Assembly (NCBI GenBank): GCA_038060895.1
Contig: JBBTCT010000027.1
Location: 1-64,000, forward strand
Origin: Planctomycetota bacterium
GTDB taxonomy: Bacteria > Planctomycetota > MHYJ01 > WSZJ01
Reading direction: 5' to 3'
Length of the DNA stretch: 64,000 nt
Shown piece by piece: positions 1 through 10,600 of the stretch (positions are counted from its first letter, which is position 1; each line of letters starts with the position of its first letter). Below the pieces are notes generated by a model. The model was not told where the DNA came from, searched no databases, and was given only the letters and a program-made list of their open reading frames with translations. Made by a program: the position numbers and the translations under genes.

Positions 1-60
1 GGGCGCGCGTCCTTTTGTGCGCCCCCCGACCCGCGACTTTTTTCAAGCCACCACTCGAAA

Positions 61-133
61 TGCGTCCTGAAGGATTCGAACCTTCGACCCAGTGATTAAG
101 AATCACTTGCTCTACCGGCTGAGCTAAGGACGC
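61..133 (-). tRNA. tRNA-Lys(CTT)
   Basis: Reverse complement GCGTCCTTAGCTCAGCCGGTAGAGCAAGTGATT-CTT-AATCACTGGGTCGAAGGTTCGAATCCTTCAGGACGCA folds as a cloverleaf with a GTTCGAA T-loop; CCA not encoded. Confidence 0.95.
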
Positions 134-253
134 GAAAGGGGCGCGGAGAATAGCAATGGACCCGGGGACGGTCAACAGACCGCGGCCATTTCTCTTGCGA
201 AGCGCCCGGGGCGCTTCCAACATCCGCCCCGGTCACCCTTTCCGGAGATTCCC

Positions 254-697
254 ATGGCAGGGCAGAAGCAGGGTTCGTGGTGCCACATCGAGATCCCCTG
301 CGCGTCTCCGCAAGGCTCGAAGAAATTCTACGGCAAAGTCTTCGGCTGGAAGTTCCAGGATGCGCCGGCGCTGGACTACGTCTTGTTCTCCACGGGAGAC
401 GGTGAAATCGGCGGCGGCCTCTGGAATCCTCCTCCCGGCATTCCCCGGATGATCACGAACTACATCTCGGTGGATCACGTGGACTCCATGGTGCAGCGCG
501 TCCAGGAGAACGGCGGCAAGCTGGTGCGCCCGCGGATGGAAGTCCCCGGCCACGGATGGTTCGCCCTCGTCGCCGACCCGGACGGGAACATCGTGGGACT
601 CTGGCAGAACGCGCCGCGACCGCCGGTCCAGGGGAAAGCCGCGGCGAAGAGCAAGCCGCGGGCGGCGGCGAAGCGGAAACCGAACAAGCGCCGGTAG
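254..697 (+). CDS. VOC/glyoxalase family protein with basic Lys/Ala-rich tail
   Basis: HIEIP...FYGKVFGW...YISVDHVD...GGKLV...DPDGNIVGLW pattern. Confidence 0.85.
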   Translation: MAGQKQGSWCHIEIPCASPQGSKKFYGKVFGWKFQDAPALDYVLFSTGDGEIGGGLWNPPPGIPRMITNYISVDHVDSMVQRVQENGGKLVRPRMEVPGHGWFALVADPDGNIVGLWQNAPRPPVQGKAAAKSKPRAAAKRKPNKRR

Positions 698-723
698 GCT
701 GCGAGCGGCGCTACACTCGAGCC

Positions 724-2001
724 ATGTCATTCGAAGTAACGGCACTCGACGCGCGACTGCGCTGGCTCGTCCGGCTCCGCTGGATCGCGGTGGCCGCCGT
801 TGTCGCGACCATTGCCGCCGCTTCAAGACTCGGCCGCATCGGCCACGCGGCGCCTCTCTATGAATGGACGGCCGTGCTCGTCGTGGCTAACGCGGTGTTT
901 GAACTGCTCAACCGCAGGAAGGCGGCCCTCGAGGCGAGTGCTGCGCTTCAGGTCGTCACCGACCTGATCGTGCTGACCTTCCTCATGCATTTTGCGGGCG
1001 GAAGCGGCAACCCGTTCGCGTTCTTCTACGTTTTTCACGTGATCATTGCGTCGATCCTCTTTGCGCCGCGCACGGCGTGGTTGACTGCCGTGCTGGCGGC
1101 CGTTTTGTTTGGCGGGCTTACGACCGCGGACCTCGTCACGGGGGCGCTCGCCTGTCCGCGGCATCCGATCCTGGGCCAGCCCAATGAGGTATCGAAGTCT
1201 TTCGCGCTCGGGCGTCTCGGTGCGTTCGCGGCGACGGTCGGCGCGGCGGCCTACTTCGGCACGACCATCATGTCGGGTCTCCGGGCGAAGCAGGCGGAAC
1301 TCGTCGAAAGCCGCGAACGGCTGGCGCAGGCGGAGAAACTGGCCGCGATTGGTGAACTCGCGGCGGGCATTGCGCATGAGCTCAACACGCCGCTCGGGTC
1401 GATTCTCGTCGCGGCTGAAGTCGTGAAGGAGGGGACTCCGGGCGGGAGCGAGGGCTCGCAGATGCTGGGTGACATCGTCCGCGAGACGAAACGTTGCAAG
1501 GAAATCACGCGGGCGCTTCTCGACCTGGCGCGCAAGCGCGAGCTGCAGCTGGAAGAAACGGACGCGGGGGAGGTGGTGAAGCATGCGGTGGAGCTGGTGA
1601 AGCGCGAGTCGGGAGCCAGGGCCGCCTGCGTCGAGGTGGAAGTTCCCCGGGGCCTGCCGAGCGTGCGGGCCGACGCCGGAGCGCTGGGCCAGGTCGTCGT
1701 CAACGTGCTCAAGAACGCGCTGGATGCTGTCGAAGGCCGCGACGGGGCGAAAGTGCGGGTGCTCGCGGGCTGCGACATGGGGGAGGTGACGGTTCGCGTG
1801 GAGGACAACGGGCCGGGAATCGGAAAGGAGGCGCTGAAACGGGTTTTCGAGCCTTTCTACACGACGAAAGCCCCGGGTCGAGGAACCGGCCTGGGCCTGC
1901 CGGTGTCGTACGCGATCATGCGGGACCTGAAGGGGGAGATCGCGATCGAGAGCGCCGAGGGGCGCGGGACGAGTGTGACGCTGATGCTTCCGATCGGGTA
2001 G
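724..2001 (+). CDS. Membrane sensor histidine kinase, RegB/PrrB-like input domain
   Basis: LRWLVRLRWIA N-terminus, multiple TM helices, GGSGNPF (GGxxNPF), H-box IAHELNTPL, RCKEI Cys, N/G boxes (KNALDA, DNGPG, GTGLGL). Confidence 0.85.
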   Translation: MSFEVTALDARLRWLVRLRWIAVAAVVATIAAASRLGRIGHAAPLYEWTAVLVVANAVFELLNRRKAALEASAALQVVTDLIVLTFLMHFAGGSGNPFAFFYVFHVIIASILFAPRTAWLTAVLAAVLFGGLTTADLVTGALACPRHPILGQPNEVSKSFALGRLGAFAATVGAAAYFGTTIMSGLRAKQAELVESRERLAQAEKLAAIGELAAGIAHELNTPLGSILVAAEVVKEGTPGGSEGSQMLGDIVRETKRCKEITRALLDLARKRELQLEETDAGEVVKHAVELVKRESGARAACVEVEVPRGLPSVRADAGALGQVVVNVLKNALDAVEGRDGAKVRVLAGCDMGEVTVRVEDNGPGIGKEALKRVFEPFYTTKAPGRGTGLGLPVSYAIMRDLKGEIAIESAEGRGTSVTLMLPIG

Positions 2002-2014
2002 CCTGTCGCTTCCC

Positions 2015-3349
2015 ATGGTCATCCGCGTCCTCCTGGTCGACGACGACGAAACGTTCCGGCGCACGGTTTCCGTGGCGCTGGCGAAACGCGGGCACCAGGT
2101 TTCCGCTGCGGCGGACGGGAATGACGCACTGCGTCAATTAAAGGCCGCCGATTTCGACGTCGCGTTCGTGGACCTGAAAATGCCCGGGATGGACGGCGTG
2201 GAGCTGCTCAAGCGGATCAAGGCGGAGCAGCCCGGCGTGGAAGTGATCCTCCTGACCGGTCACGGCTCCATCCCGAGCGCGATCGAGGCGATCAAGGCCG
2301 GGGCCTACAATTACCTGACGAAGCCCTGCGAGCTGGCCGAGATCGAGTCATCTCTTCTGAAGGCTGCAGAGCGCGGAGAGCTGGCCGCGTCGAACCGCCG
2401 GCTGGCCGACGCGCTCGCCCGCGGATCGAATTACCAGGGAATCATCGGGAAATCGCGGCCGATCCGCGAACTGGTCGCGCTGATCAAGCAGGTCAAGGAC
2501 TCGCCGACCCCCGTGCTCATCGAGGGAGAATCCGGCGCAGGGAAAGAGCTCGTCGCGCGCGCCCTTCATTTCGATTCGTCCCGCGCCCGCCACCCGTTCG
2601 TCGTCATCAATTGCGCGGGCCTCAAGGAGCAACTCCTCGAGTCCGAACTCTTCGGCCACGTCGAAGGCGCGTTCACCGGCGCCAGCAAGCCCAAGGAGGG
2701 CCTCCTCGACGTCGCCCACCAGGGCACCCTCTTCATCGACGAAATCGCCGACATGCCCCCGCCGGTACAGGCCGCCCTCCTTCGCGTGATCGAGACGAAG
2801 GAATTCCGCCCCGTCGGCTCGACGCGAGAGCGCCGGGTCGACGTTCGCATCGTCGCAGCCGCCAACCGCAATCTCGAGGAGGAAGTCGCAGCCCAGCGCT
2901 TCCGCGCCGACCTTCTTTTCCGCCTCAACGTCGTCCGCATCCGCGTCCCCGCTCTTCGCGAACGCCTGGAGGACGTCCCGCTACTGGTCGAGCATTTCCT
3001 GTCGAAAAACGCGACGGCGAAGGCGCGGGGCATAGCGGACGTGCCGGCCGAGGGGCTGCAACGGCTGTCGGTGCACGACTGGCCCGGCAACGTGCGCGAA
3101 CTGTTCAACGTCCTGGAGCGCGCCGTTCTGCTCTCGCCGCCTGGCTCCATCGACACCTCGTTCCTGTCGTCCGGGCCGCGCCGGGGCGGGGCCGCGACGG
3201 AGTCGCTGGACGAAGCGGAGAAACGGCACGTGGCGGGGCTGCTGGACAAGGAACGGGGAAACGTCACCCGCGTCGCGAAGGTGCTGGGAATCGACCGGCG
3301 GACGCTTCAGCGCAAGATGTCAAAGTGGGGACTGTCCGGAACGCTCTAG
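2015..3349 (+). CDS. Sigma54-dependent response regulator (NtrC-type REC-AAA+-HTH)
   Basis: LLVDDD/DLKMPG receiver, GESGAGKE Walker A, GAFTGA, FIDEI, WPGNVRE, HTH ending RRTLQRK. Confidence 0.93.
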   Translation: MVIRVLLVDDDETFRRTVSVALAKRGHQVSAAADGNDALRQLKAADFDVAFVDLKMPGMDGVELLKRIKAEQPGVEVILLTGHGSIPSAIEAIKAGAYNYLTKPCELAEIESSLLKAAERGELAASNRRLADALARGSNYQGIIGKSRPIRELVALIKQVKDSPTPVLIEGESGAGKELVARALHFDSSRARHPFVVINCAGLKEQLLESELFGHVEGAFTGASKPKEGLLDVAHQGTLFIDEIADMPPPVQAALLRVIETKEFRPVGSTRERRVDVRIVAAANRNLEEEVAAQRFRADLLFRLNVVRIRVPALRERLEDVPLLVEHFLSKNATAKARGIADVPAEGLQRLSVHDWPGNVRELFNVLERAVLLSPPGSIDTSFLSSGPRRGGAATESLDEAEKRHVAGLLDKERGNVTRVAKVLGIDRRTLQRKMSKWGLSGTL

Positions 3350-3464
3350 GCCGCGGCATTTGCGCTTCAGCCGCGGCGCCGCGGTACCCCCCGCCTGGCC
3401 TCGCCAAACCGCCCTTGAAGCGCAACCCCTTTCGTCCACTCCAATTGCCGAGGGCGAACATTTC

Positions 3465-3480
3465 TGGAACATCGGTTGCT
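3465..3480 (+). promoter_or_regulatory. Sigma54 (-24/-12) promoter for the respiratory cluster
   Basis: TGGAAC-ATCGG-TTGCT: GG-N10-GC spacing, close to the TGGCAC-N5-TTGC consensus, directly downstream of a sigma54 activator gene. Confidence 0.7.
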
Positions 3481-3546
3481 TTGAAAGCACCGGGTTTCCC
3501 CATTTCGTTGACGAAAACCATGAATTCCACGAAACTTCCGCGCCTC

Positions 3547-4515
3547 ATGGCTGAGAAAGTGGCCACCTTTAATCCGCCGCCTGAAATCCCCAACCTCGTG
3601 GAAGGGGAGCAGCGCTTTACGTCGATTGTCAGCCAGTTTTTCCTTATCCCGATGCTGATCGCCATCACGGCGGTCGGGATTTTCGTCGGGGTCAAGATGA
3701 TGACCGCCGAGGAGAAGGATCCGATTCTTCTCGTGAACGAGATCCGCCTCCAGCACGGCTCGGCCCGGTGGCAGGTCGCCTACGACCTGAATTCGCGGCT
3801 GGTGCGCGACCCGGAGGCGCGGAGCAACCCGAAGCTGGTCCCCGAAATCATGCGGGCTTTCTCGGAAATCCAGCCGTCCGGGGACCAGGACGACATGCGG
3901 ACCCGGACCTACCTCGTGACTATTCTGGGCACCCTTCGCAACCCGTCGGCGATGGCCGTCGTCCGGCCCGCGATGCACGACAAGGACGGCGCCACGCAGG
4001 TCGCCGCCATCCAGGCCGCAGGCTCGATCGGCGAAGTCGCCGTCATCCCGGAGTTGATCGAGTTCGCGAATCACGAGGACAACGGCCTTCGCAAAGCCGG
4101 CGTCTTCGCTCTCGGACTCTTCAGCCCTAAACGCCGCGCTGCAGAAGGGCGTCCGACGCTGGAAGACAGCGTTCGCGCCGGGGCGCTGGCGGCAATCTAC
4201 GGCGCGTTCCGCTCGCCGGTGGACGACGTTCGCTGGAACGCGGCCCTCGCGCTGGCGCGCTGGGGGGAGATCGAGTCGGCCAACACCCTTCGCACCATGC
4301 TCGACCGCGCTTACCTCGAGAAAACCGTGAAACCGGAAGACGCGTCGATCGCTTCCGGAATGGTCGACGAAGTCATGGTGAACGCCATGAAGGGCGTGCT
4401 CGAACTGAACGACGTGAGTTTCCGTCCGCTCCTCGAGACGCTTCGCACTTCGGATCGTTCGATGGAAGTGCGGCAGGCGGCGGGAACGGCGCTGGAAGCC
4501 CTGGGAAAATCGTAA
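3547..4515 (+). CDS. Membrane-anchored HEAT-repeat protein
   Basis: Single N-terminal TM, then HEAT-like repeats (VRWNAALALARWG, VRQAAGTAL); alternative start at 3520. Confidence 0.7.
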   Translation: MAEKVATFNPPPEIPNLVEGEQRFTSIVSQFFLIPMLIAITAVGIFVGVKMMTAEEKDPILLVNEIRLQHGSARWQVAYDLNSRLVRDPEARSNPKLVPEIMRAFSEIQPSGDQDDMRTRTYLVTILGTLRNPSAMAVVRPAMHDKDGATQVAAIQAAGSIGEVAVIPELIEFANHEDNGLRKAGVFALGLFSPKRRAAEGRPTLEDSVRAGALAAIYGAFRSPVDDVRWNAALALARWGEIESANTLRTMLDRAYLEKTVKPEDASIASGMVDEVMVNAMKGVLELNDVSFRPLLETLRTSDRSMEVRQAAGTALEALGKS

Positions 4516-4530
4516 GCACCTGGAGGACGT

Positions 4531-5406
4531 ATGGCGGACCCTGAGAAGCCTGAAGAGCCCAAGCCGGAAGCGCCGAAGCAGGCAGAGCCTGCGAAGCCTG
4601 CGGCCCCGAAACCAGCGGCTCCTCCGAAGGAGAAAGTCAGCCAGGCAGTCCCGGCCGAGCCGGGGCTTCCGGTGCTGCCAGCGAAGCCCGGCATGACGCC
4701 GGAAGCGGAAGCGGCGGTCGCGGCGGCTTCATTGATGGCGGGCAAGGCCGTGGCGCCCGGTGCGCCGGGGACGGCGACGACGGGAGTCGCGGGCGAGCCC
4801 AAGCCCGGGTACGCGCGGATGACACCGATGGCGCCGGGAGCGATCGTTCAGCCGCCGAAGAGCACGCCGGCAAAGAAGGAAGAAGAAGATCCTCGAAAGC
4901 GCCAGCTGGAGTTGTCGCGCCGGAAATTTCTCGGCCTCGTCTCCTGGTCCACTCTAGGCTGGGGCGCTTTCACGGGCGCTTCCGCGGCAGGCGGCGCCGT
5001 GACGGCGCGCTTCATGTTCCCGAACGTTCTCTACGAGCCGCCGGCGACGGTCAAGGTCGGTTTCCCGGACGACTATCCGCCGGATTACGTCGAGGAGAAA
5101 TTCAAGGACACCAACGGTGTGTGGGTCGTGCGCACGCAGGGGAAGATTTTCGCGCTGACGACGATCTGCACGCACCTCGGCTGCACGCCGAACTGGCTGC
5201 CGAACGAGGGGAAATTCAAGTGCCCGTGCCATGGGTCAGGCTTCCGCGCGACCGGGGTCAACTTCGAAGGCCCGGCGCCGCGACCGCTGGAACGCGCGGC
5301 GATCAAGATGCTCGACGACGGCCAGATGCTGGTGGACAAGTCGAAGAAGTTCCAGTTCGAGAAGGGTCAGTGGGACGACCCGGATTCGTTCATTCCCGTG
5401 ATCTAG
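4531..5406 (+). CDS. petA: Rieske [2Fe-2S] subunit of cytochrome bc complex
   Basis: CTHLGC...CPCHGS, GPAPRPL, Tat motif SRRKFL after a Pro/Ala-rich extension. Confidence 0.93.
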   Translation: MADPEKPEEPKPEAPKQAEPAKPAAPKPAAPPKEKVSQAVPAEPGLPVLPAKPGMTPEAEAAVAAASLMAGKAVAPGAPGTATTGVAGEPKPGYARMTPMAPGAIVQPPKSTPAKKEEEDPRKRQLELSRRKFLGLVSWSTLGWGAFTGASAAGGAVTARFMFPNVLYEPPATVKVGFPDDYPPDYVEEKFKDTNGVWVVRTQGKIFALTTICTHLGCTPNWLPNEGKFKCPCHGSGFRATGVNFEGPAPRPLERAAIKMLDDGQMLVDKSKKFQFEKGQWDDPDSFIPVI

Positions 5407-5500
5407 ACGGTTCTCTTCCCCTCCCGAAGCGATGGGGGGAAGTGGTGACGGGCGCCCTTGGAAACAGCACCGTGGTCAGGACGAACAGAGGAGACCAGAA

Positions 5501-6370
5501 GTGGCTGAAGTGAAAGCACCGCCGCCCCCGCCTCCGCCGCCTGCGGCCCCGCCGCCGCCGCCGGAGGGACCGAAGCATCCGGAGCCCGGGAAGAAGCCGT
5601 CGCTGATCGACCAGTTCTGGTCGGGCCAGATCTGGACGTCGATCTTCCGGCACGGGATGCCCGACACGCCGCGCAATCGCACGCTGGCGGTGATGTCGAA
5701 CGTGTTCCTGCACCTGCATCCGCCGAAGATCCGCAAGAGCGGGATCAGGATGAAGTACACGTGGTGCATGGGCGGCCTGACGTTCTTCCTGTTCCTGGTC
5801 GAGACGGTGACCGGCGTCCTGCTGATGTTCTATTACCGCCCGACGGCCGAGTTCGCGTACGCGGACATCGTGTCTCTTCGTGAGGACATCCCGCTCGGCA
5901 TCATGCGCGAGATCCACCGGTGGGGCGCGCACGCGATGGTCATCACCGTCTGGCTGCACATGATGCGCGTCTTCCTGACCGGCAGTTACAAGCCACCGCG
6001 GGAATTCAACTGGAACATCGGCGTCATTCTCCTCGTGCTCACGCTGTTGCTCTCGTTCACCGGCTACCTCCTGCCGTGGGACCAGCTTGCGATGTGGGCC
6101 GTCACGGTCGGCACCAACATGGCGCGCGCGACCCCGGTCGTCGGTCATGAAGGCCCGGGCGCCTCGTTCCTGAAGCTCGGCGACATCTCCCTCGTTCACG
6201 CCGGATCCGACGTCCGCTACGGCCTTCTCGCCGGGCGGTTCGTTGCGCCGGCCGCCTTGCTGCGCTTCTACGTGCTCCACTGCGTCGCCTTCCCGCTCGC
6301 AGCCGCAACGCTCATGGCTGCTCACTTCTGGCGCGTCCGCAAGGACGGCGGCATTTCGGGGCCCATGTAA
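5501..6370 (+). CDS. petB: Cytochrome b N-terminal subunit (b6-like)
   Basis: [15 protein letters not shown]...[38 protein letters not shown]; GTG start with GAGGAG RBS. Confidence 0.92.
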   Translation: MAEVKAPPPPPPPPAAPPPPPEGPKHPEPGKKPSLIDQFWSGQIWTSIFRHGMPDTPRNRTLAVMSNVFLHLHPPKIRKSGIRMKYTWCMGGLTFFLFLVETVTGVLLMFYYRPTAEFAYADIVSLREDIPLGIMREIHRWGAHAMVITVWLHMMRVFLTGSYKPPREFNWNIGVILLVLTLLLSFTGYLLPWDQLAMWAVTVGTNMARATPVVGHEGPGASFLKLGDISLVHAGSDVRYGLLAGRFVAPAALLRFYVLHCVAFPLAAATLMAAHFWRVRKDGGISGPM

Positions 6371-6373
6371 ACC

Positions 6374-7498
6374 ATGAACACCCTGAACCTGCTCGCCTGG
6401 CAGCCACCCGAGTGGTACACGGGCCTGGTGAATTCGATCGTCGGAAGCGCCGCCGTGTTCGTCACGCTCTCGACGGTCGGCCTGATGCTGGGGATGAAGT
6501 ATTACCGCGTGCTCACGAAGCCGAAGGTCGCCGGCCCGATTGCCATCGTCTCGGCGTTCCTGCTCTTCATCAGCTACAAGGATCCGCAATTCAGCACGGT
6601 CGCGTCGCTTCCCGACAACGTCCCGATCGTCATGATGGTCGCGAGCGTCGGCTTCTTCGTCTGGCTCGCTTTCCGCCAGATGGCGCTCAACGACGAACGC
6701 CTCGAGCAGGGGTTGCCGCCGAAGGAAGCGGAGGCCAAGGAAGCGGAGAAGACGTTCGTCTGGCCGGACCTGGTGTACATCGAGTTCATCTGCCTGATCC
6801 TGTTCACCGTCTTCCTGATCCTGTGGTCGATCGCGCTCAAGGCCCCGCTCGAGCAGATGGCCAACCCCGCGAAGACCCCGAACCCGTCGAAGGCGCCGTG
6901 GTACTTCCTGGGGCTGCAGGAAATGCTCGTGTACTTCGACCCGTGGATCGCGGGCGTGGTCCTGCCGACGATGATCATCACGGGGCTCATGATGCTCCCG
7001 TACATCGACAAGAATCCGAAGGGGAACGGCTACTACACGTTCAAGGAACGCAAGTTCGCCATTTCCGTCTTCATGTTCGGGTTCATCGTCACCTGGGTGC
7101 TCCTCATCTTCATGGGCACCTTCCTTCGCGGCCCGAACTGGAATTTCTTCGGCCCGTACGAGACGTGGGACATCCACAAGCTCGAGCCTCTCACGAACGT
7201 CAACCTGTCCGAGCTCGTCTACCTGAAGGCGTTCAGCGTCGGCATGCCGCACAACTGGTTCATCCGGGAGATCTGGGGAATCCTTCTCCTCCTCGGGTAC
7301 TTCGTCATCCTCCCGGGCGCCCTCGTCCGCTTCGTGCCGCTGTTCCGGAAGTTCTACGAGTCCCTGGGGATGGTCCGGTACAGCGTCTTCATCATCCACG
7401 TGCTCGTCATGGCGGGCATGGTCATCAAGATGCTGACACGCTGGACTTTCAACCTGAAGTACGTCGTGGCTATCCCGGAGTACTTCTTCAACATCTGA
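6374..7498 (+). CDS. Cytochrome b C-terminal / subunit IV-like membrane protein with extra TM segments
   Basis: APLEQMANPAKTPNPSKAPWYFLGLQE (PEWY-equivalent), LPYIDKNP; follows cytochrome b6. Confidence 0.85.
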   Translation: MNTLNLLAWQPPEWYTGLVNSIVGSAAVFVTLSTVGLMLGMKYYRVLTKPKVAGPIAIVSAFLLFISYKDPQFSTVASLPDNVPIVMMVASVGFFVWLAFRQMALNDERLEQGLPPKEAEAKEAEKTFVWPDLVYIEFICLILFTVFLILWSIALKAPLEQMANPAKTPNPSKAPWYFLGLQEMLVYFDPWIAGVVLPTMIITGLMMLPYIDKNPKGNGYYTFKERKFAISVFMFGFIVTWVLLIFMGTFLRGPNWNFFGPYETWDIHKLEPLTNVNLSELVYLKAFSVGMPHNWFIREIWGILLLLGYFVILPGALVRFVPLFRKFYESLGMVRYSVFIIHVLVMAGMVIKMLTRWTFNLKYVVAIPEYFFNI

Positions 7499-7550
7499 TC
7501 CGGGCCACGAAAGCCATGCTTGAAGCCAACACGTAAAGTCGGGCCCGGAT

Positions 7551-7582
7551 CACCCTGAGCGAGCGTAGCGAGTCGAATGGTG
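7551..7582. repeat. Dispersed REP-like palindrome, copy 1
   Basis: CACCCTGAGCGAGCGTAGCGAGTCGAATGGTG; related copies at 29032-29070 (inverted) and 38392-38424. Confidence 0.65.
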
Positions 7583-7650
7583 AGCTCGAAGATCGTCGTC
7601 CGCACAACCTGGTTTTCTTCTCAAAAGCCTAGTACCGGAGCCAAGGCCCC

Positions 7651-10600
7651 ATGCCAAAGCCGGCCGACCCACTGAGCGACACGCTGTATGACATGCCCAC
7701 GCTCAACAGGCTCTTCTTCGCATCGTCGATCCTGCTCATCGCCGTCACGGTCTGGATGACGTGGCAGGACTACGACCGCAACTGGAAACATTTCCAGCGC
7801 GATTTCAACGAGCTCGCCCTGAAGAAGGCGGAGAAGGAACGCGCAGACATCGAGAGCGCCCTGAAGAATTCCGAACGCGGCCAGGAACTGAGCGCCCTGC
7901 GCGAACAGCTCAAGTCGGCGGAGAGCGTGGTCGAGCAGAAGAAGAAGTCCATCGATGAGATCAACGAGAAACGCGAAAAGAACCGCGGCCCGATGGAGAA
8001 GGCCGTCCAGGAGTTCCAGTTCGACAAGTCGGAAGCGGACACGTTCAAGTTCAAGGCCGAGAAATCGGCGGTCGATTACGAGCACGCGAAGAAGCATGCC
8101 GAGGAGCTGAAGGGAAAGGACGGCGCCGCCCACGCGGAGGCCGTGTTGCCCGGGCTCAAGAAGGACATGGATGCCGCTGAGCTGCGCTTCGAGGAAAAGA
8201 ACAAGGAAACGATCGAAGCGAAGAAGGAATGGGAGAAGTTCGACGCGATCGACAGGGGATTCGCGGCGGAGATTGCCGTGATCCTGAAGGACACGGTCGA
8301 GGTGGGGAAGCAGATCGCGAAGATCGAGACGGACCTGGACGCGAAGAAGCGGCAGATCGCGAAGCTCGAGCCGAGCCTGGCGAAACTGCTGCTCAACGCG
8401 CCCGGCATGGATTTCGTCGCCCCGACCGAGAAAATTGACCAGAACATCCTGCCGCACTTCCTCGAGGACGTGAACTTCGAATCGAGCGTCTTCAAGATCG
8501 ACCGGTGCACGACGTGCCACCTGGCGATCAGCAAGTCGAAGGGCTGGACGAAGTCGGACCTGCCTGAGGGGACGTCGCCGGCGTTCTTCAGCCATCCGAA
8601 CCTGGACCTGTACGTGGGTGACAATTCGCCGCACCCGATTTCGAAGTTCGGCTGCACGATCTGCCACAACGGTCAGGGGAGATCGGTGGACTTCATCTAT
8701 GCGGCGCACACGCCGAAGAACGCGGAGCAGGAAAAGAAGTGGGAAGAGAAGTACTCGTGGAAGCCCGTGGCGCACTACGACACGCCGATGCTGCCGACGC
8801 CGTACGTGGAGGCGTCGTGCACGAAGTGCCATTCGACGCAGCACCGCGTGACGATGGCGGACAAGCTGAATGAAGGAAAGCGCCTGCTGGAGACGGTGGG
8901 GTGTTACGGCTGCCATCCGATTGCGGGGACGGAAGACCTTCGGAAGCCCGGGCCGAGCCTCTACGGGTTGAAGTACAAGGTTACGAAGGACTGGGCCTAC
9001 AACTGGATTGCGGATCCGACGCAATTCCGGCCGACCACGAAGATGCCCAGGCCGTTCTACACGTCGCCGGCGCTGAACGAGAAAGAGAAGGCGGACGTGG
9101 AGAAGCGGAACCAGGCGATGATCCAGGGGATCGTCGAGTACCTGTGGGAGAACGAGAATCTGCCCGGGGTTCCGAAGGCCGGGTATCCGGCGCCGCCGGC
9201 GGGCGATGTCGCGAAAGGGAAGCAGCTGGTGGAGGCTGTCGGCTGCATCGCGTGCCACGTTCTGGACAAGCCGGAAGAGAAGGGGGACCAGTACCGTTCG
9301 TTCGGGCCAAACCTGGCGGGAGTCGGGAGCAAGCTGAACCCGGGATGGACGTACGCCTGGCTCAAGGACCCGAGCCAGTATTTCCACGCCACGAACATGC
9401 CGAACCTGCGCCTCTCCGACCAGGAGGCCGCGGACGCGACGGCGTACCTGCTGTCGCTGAAGCATCACGACAAGTTTGAGGACCGCAAGTCGCCACCGGT
9501 AGACGAAGCCGTGCTGGAGCGGACGATCATCGACTTCAAGAAGGGCGCGATGTCGATGGCGCAAGCGGAGAAGGAGGCAAAGGAGCTTTCACCGCAGGGC
9601 AAGCTTCTCTGGCTCGGCGAGAAGGCGATCGGCCAGATGGGGTGCTTCGGCTGCCACGACGTGAAGAAGTTCGAGAAGACCAAGAAAATCGGAGCCGAGC
9701 TCACCGGCTCGAATTCGACCGGGACCAAGGACATCACGAAATTCGACTTCGGCTTCCGCCATGACCTGCAGCACGGCCACCACCCGCTTTCCAACGACAA
9801 GATCAACTGGGTCCGGGCGAAGCTCGCCGATCCGAGGACCTACGACGGCGGTCGCATTATGGCGTACGAGGACAGGCTGAGAATGCCGAAATTCAACCTG
9901 ACACAGGACGACATCGAAGCGCTGACGACCTACGTGCTGTCGTTCCGGCGAGAGGTGGTGAACCCGCTCTACAAGCGCAACATGTCGAACGAAGACACCG
10001 TGATCGACCGCGGAAAGCGCCTTGTCACGCTCTCGAACTGCGCTTCTTGCCACAAGACGGGCGTCTGGCCGACCCGCGTGGCCGTGACAGGCTCGGTGGA
10101 CGGCGAGAACAACATCGGCGTGATCAACGGGATGAACATCTACGCCGCGCGGAACATTCTCAACGACGGCCGCCAGGTGGACAGAATCAGCGACGAGGAA
10201 CTCGCCATCCTCAAGAAGAAGGGGATCGTCATCCTCGTGAAGAAGGGGACGTGGCTGAAAGGCCGTGTCGTGGAAGACCTGCTCAACAACAACATCCACG
10301 AAGTCATCGTCTACGGCGAGAACGAGGGCGCGATCCGGTATCTCGTGAACATCTCCGAAAAGGACAACAAGGCCCCGCCGGTCATCGTCGGCGAAGGCGC
10401 AAAAGTGAACCCGGAGTGGCTCTTCTCCTTCCTGAAAGCGCCCACCGAGATCCGTCCATGGTTGTCGGGCGCGGACGACAGGGGAGTGGTCGATCCGGCG
10501 AAGCGCGGCGTGCGCATGCCGACGTTCGGGTTTACCGACGACGAAGCGACCCTGATCGTCCAGCACTTCTCATATCTGTCAGGCGAGCGGACTCCCTTCC

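Noticed and set aside
61-133. tRNA-Lys as an integration site
   Set aside because: No duplicated tRNA 3' end or integrase within the window; the downstream side is mostly outside it
2611-3546. 634-aa version of the HEAT protein
   Set aside because: The N-terminal extension overlaps the response regulator and the promoter; the real start is about 3520/3547
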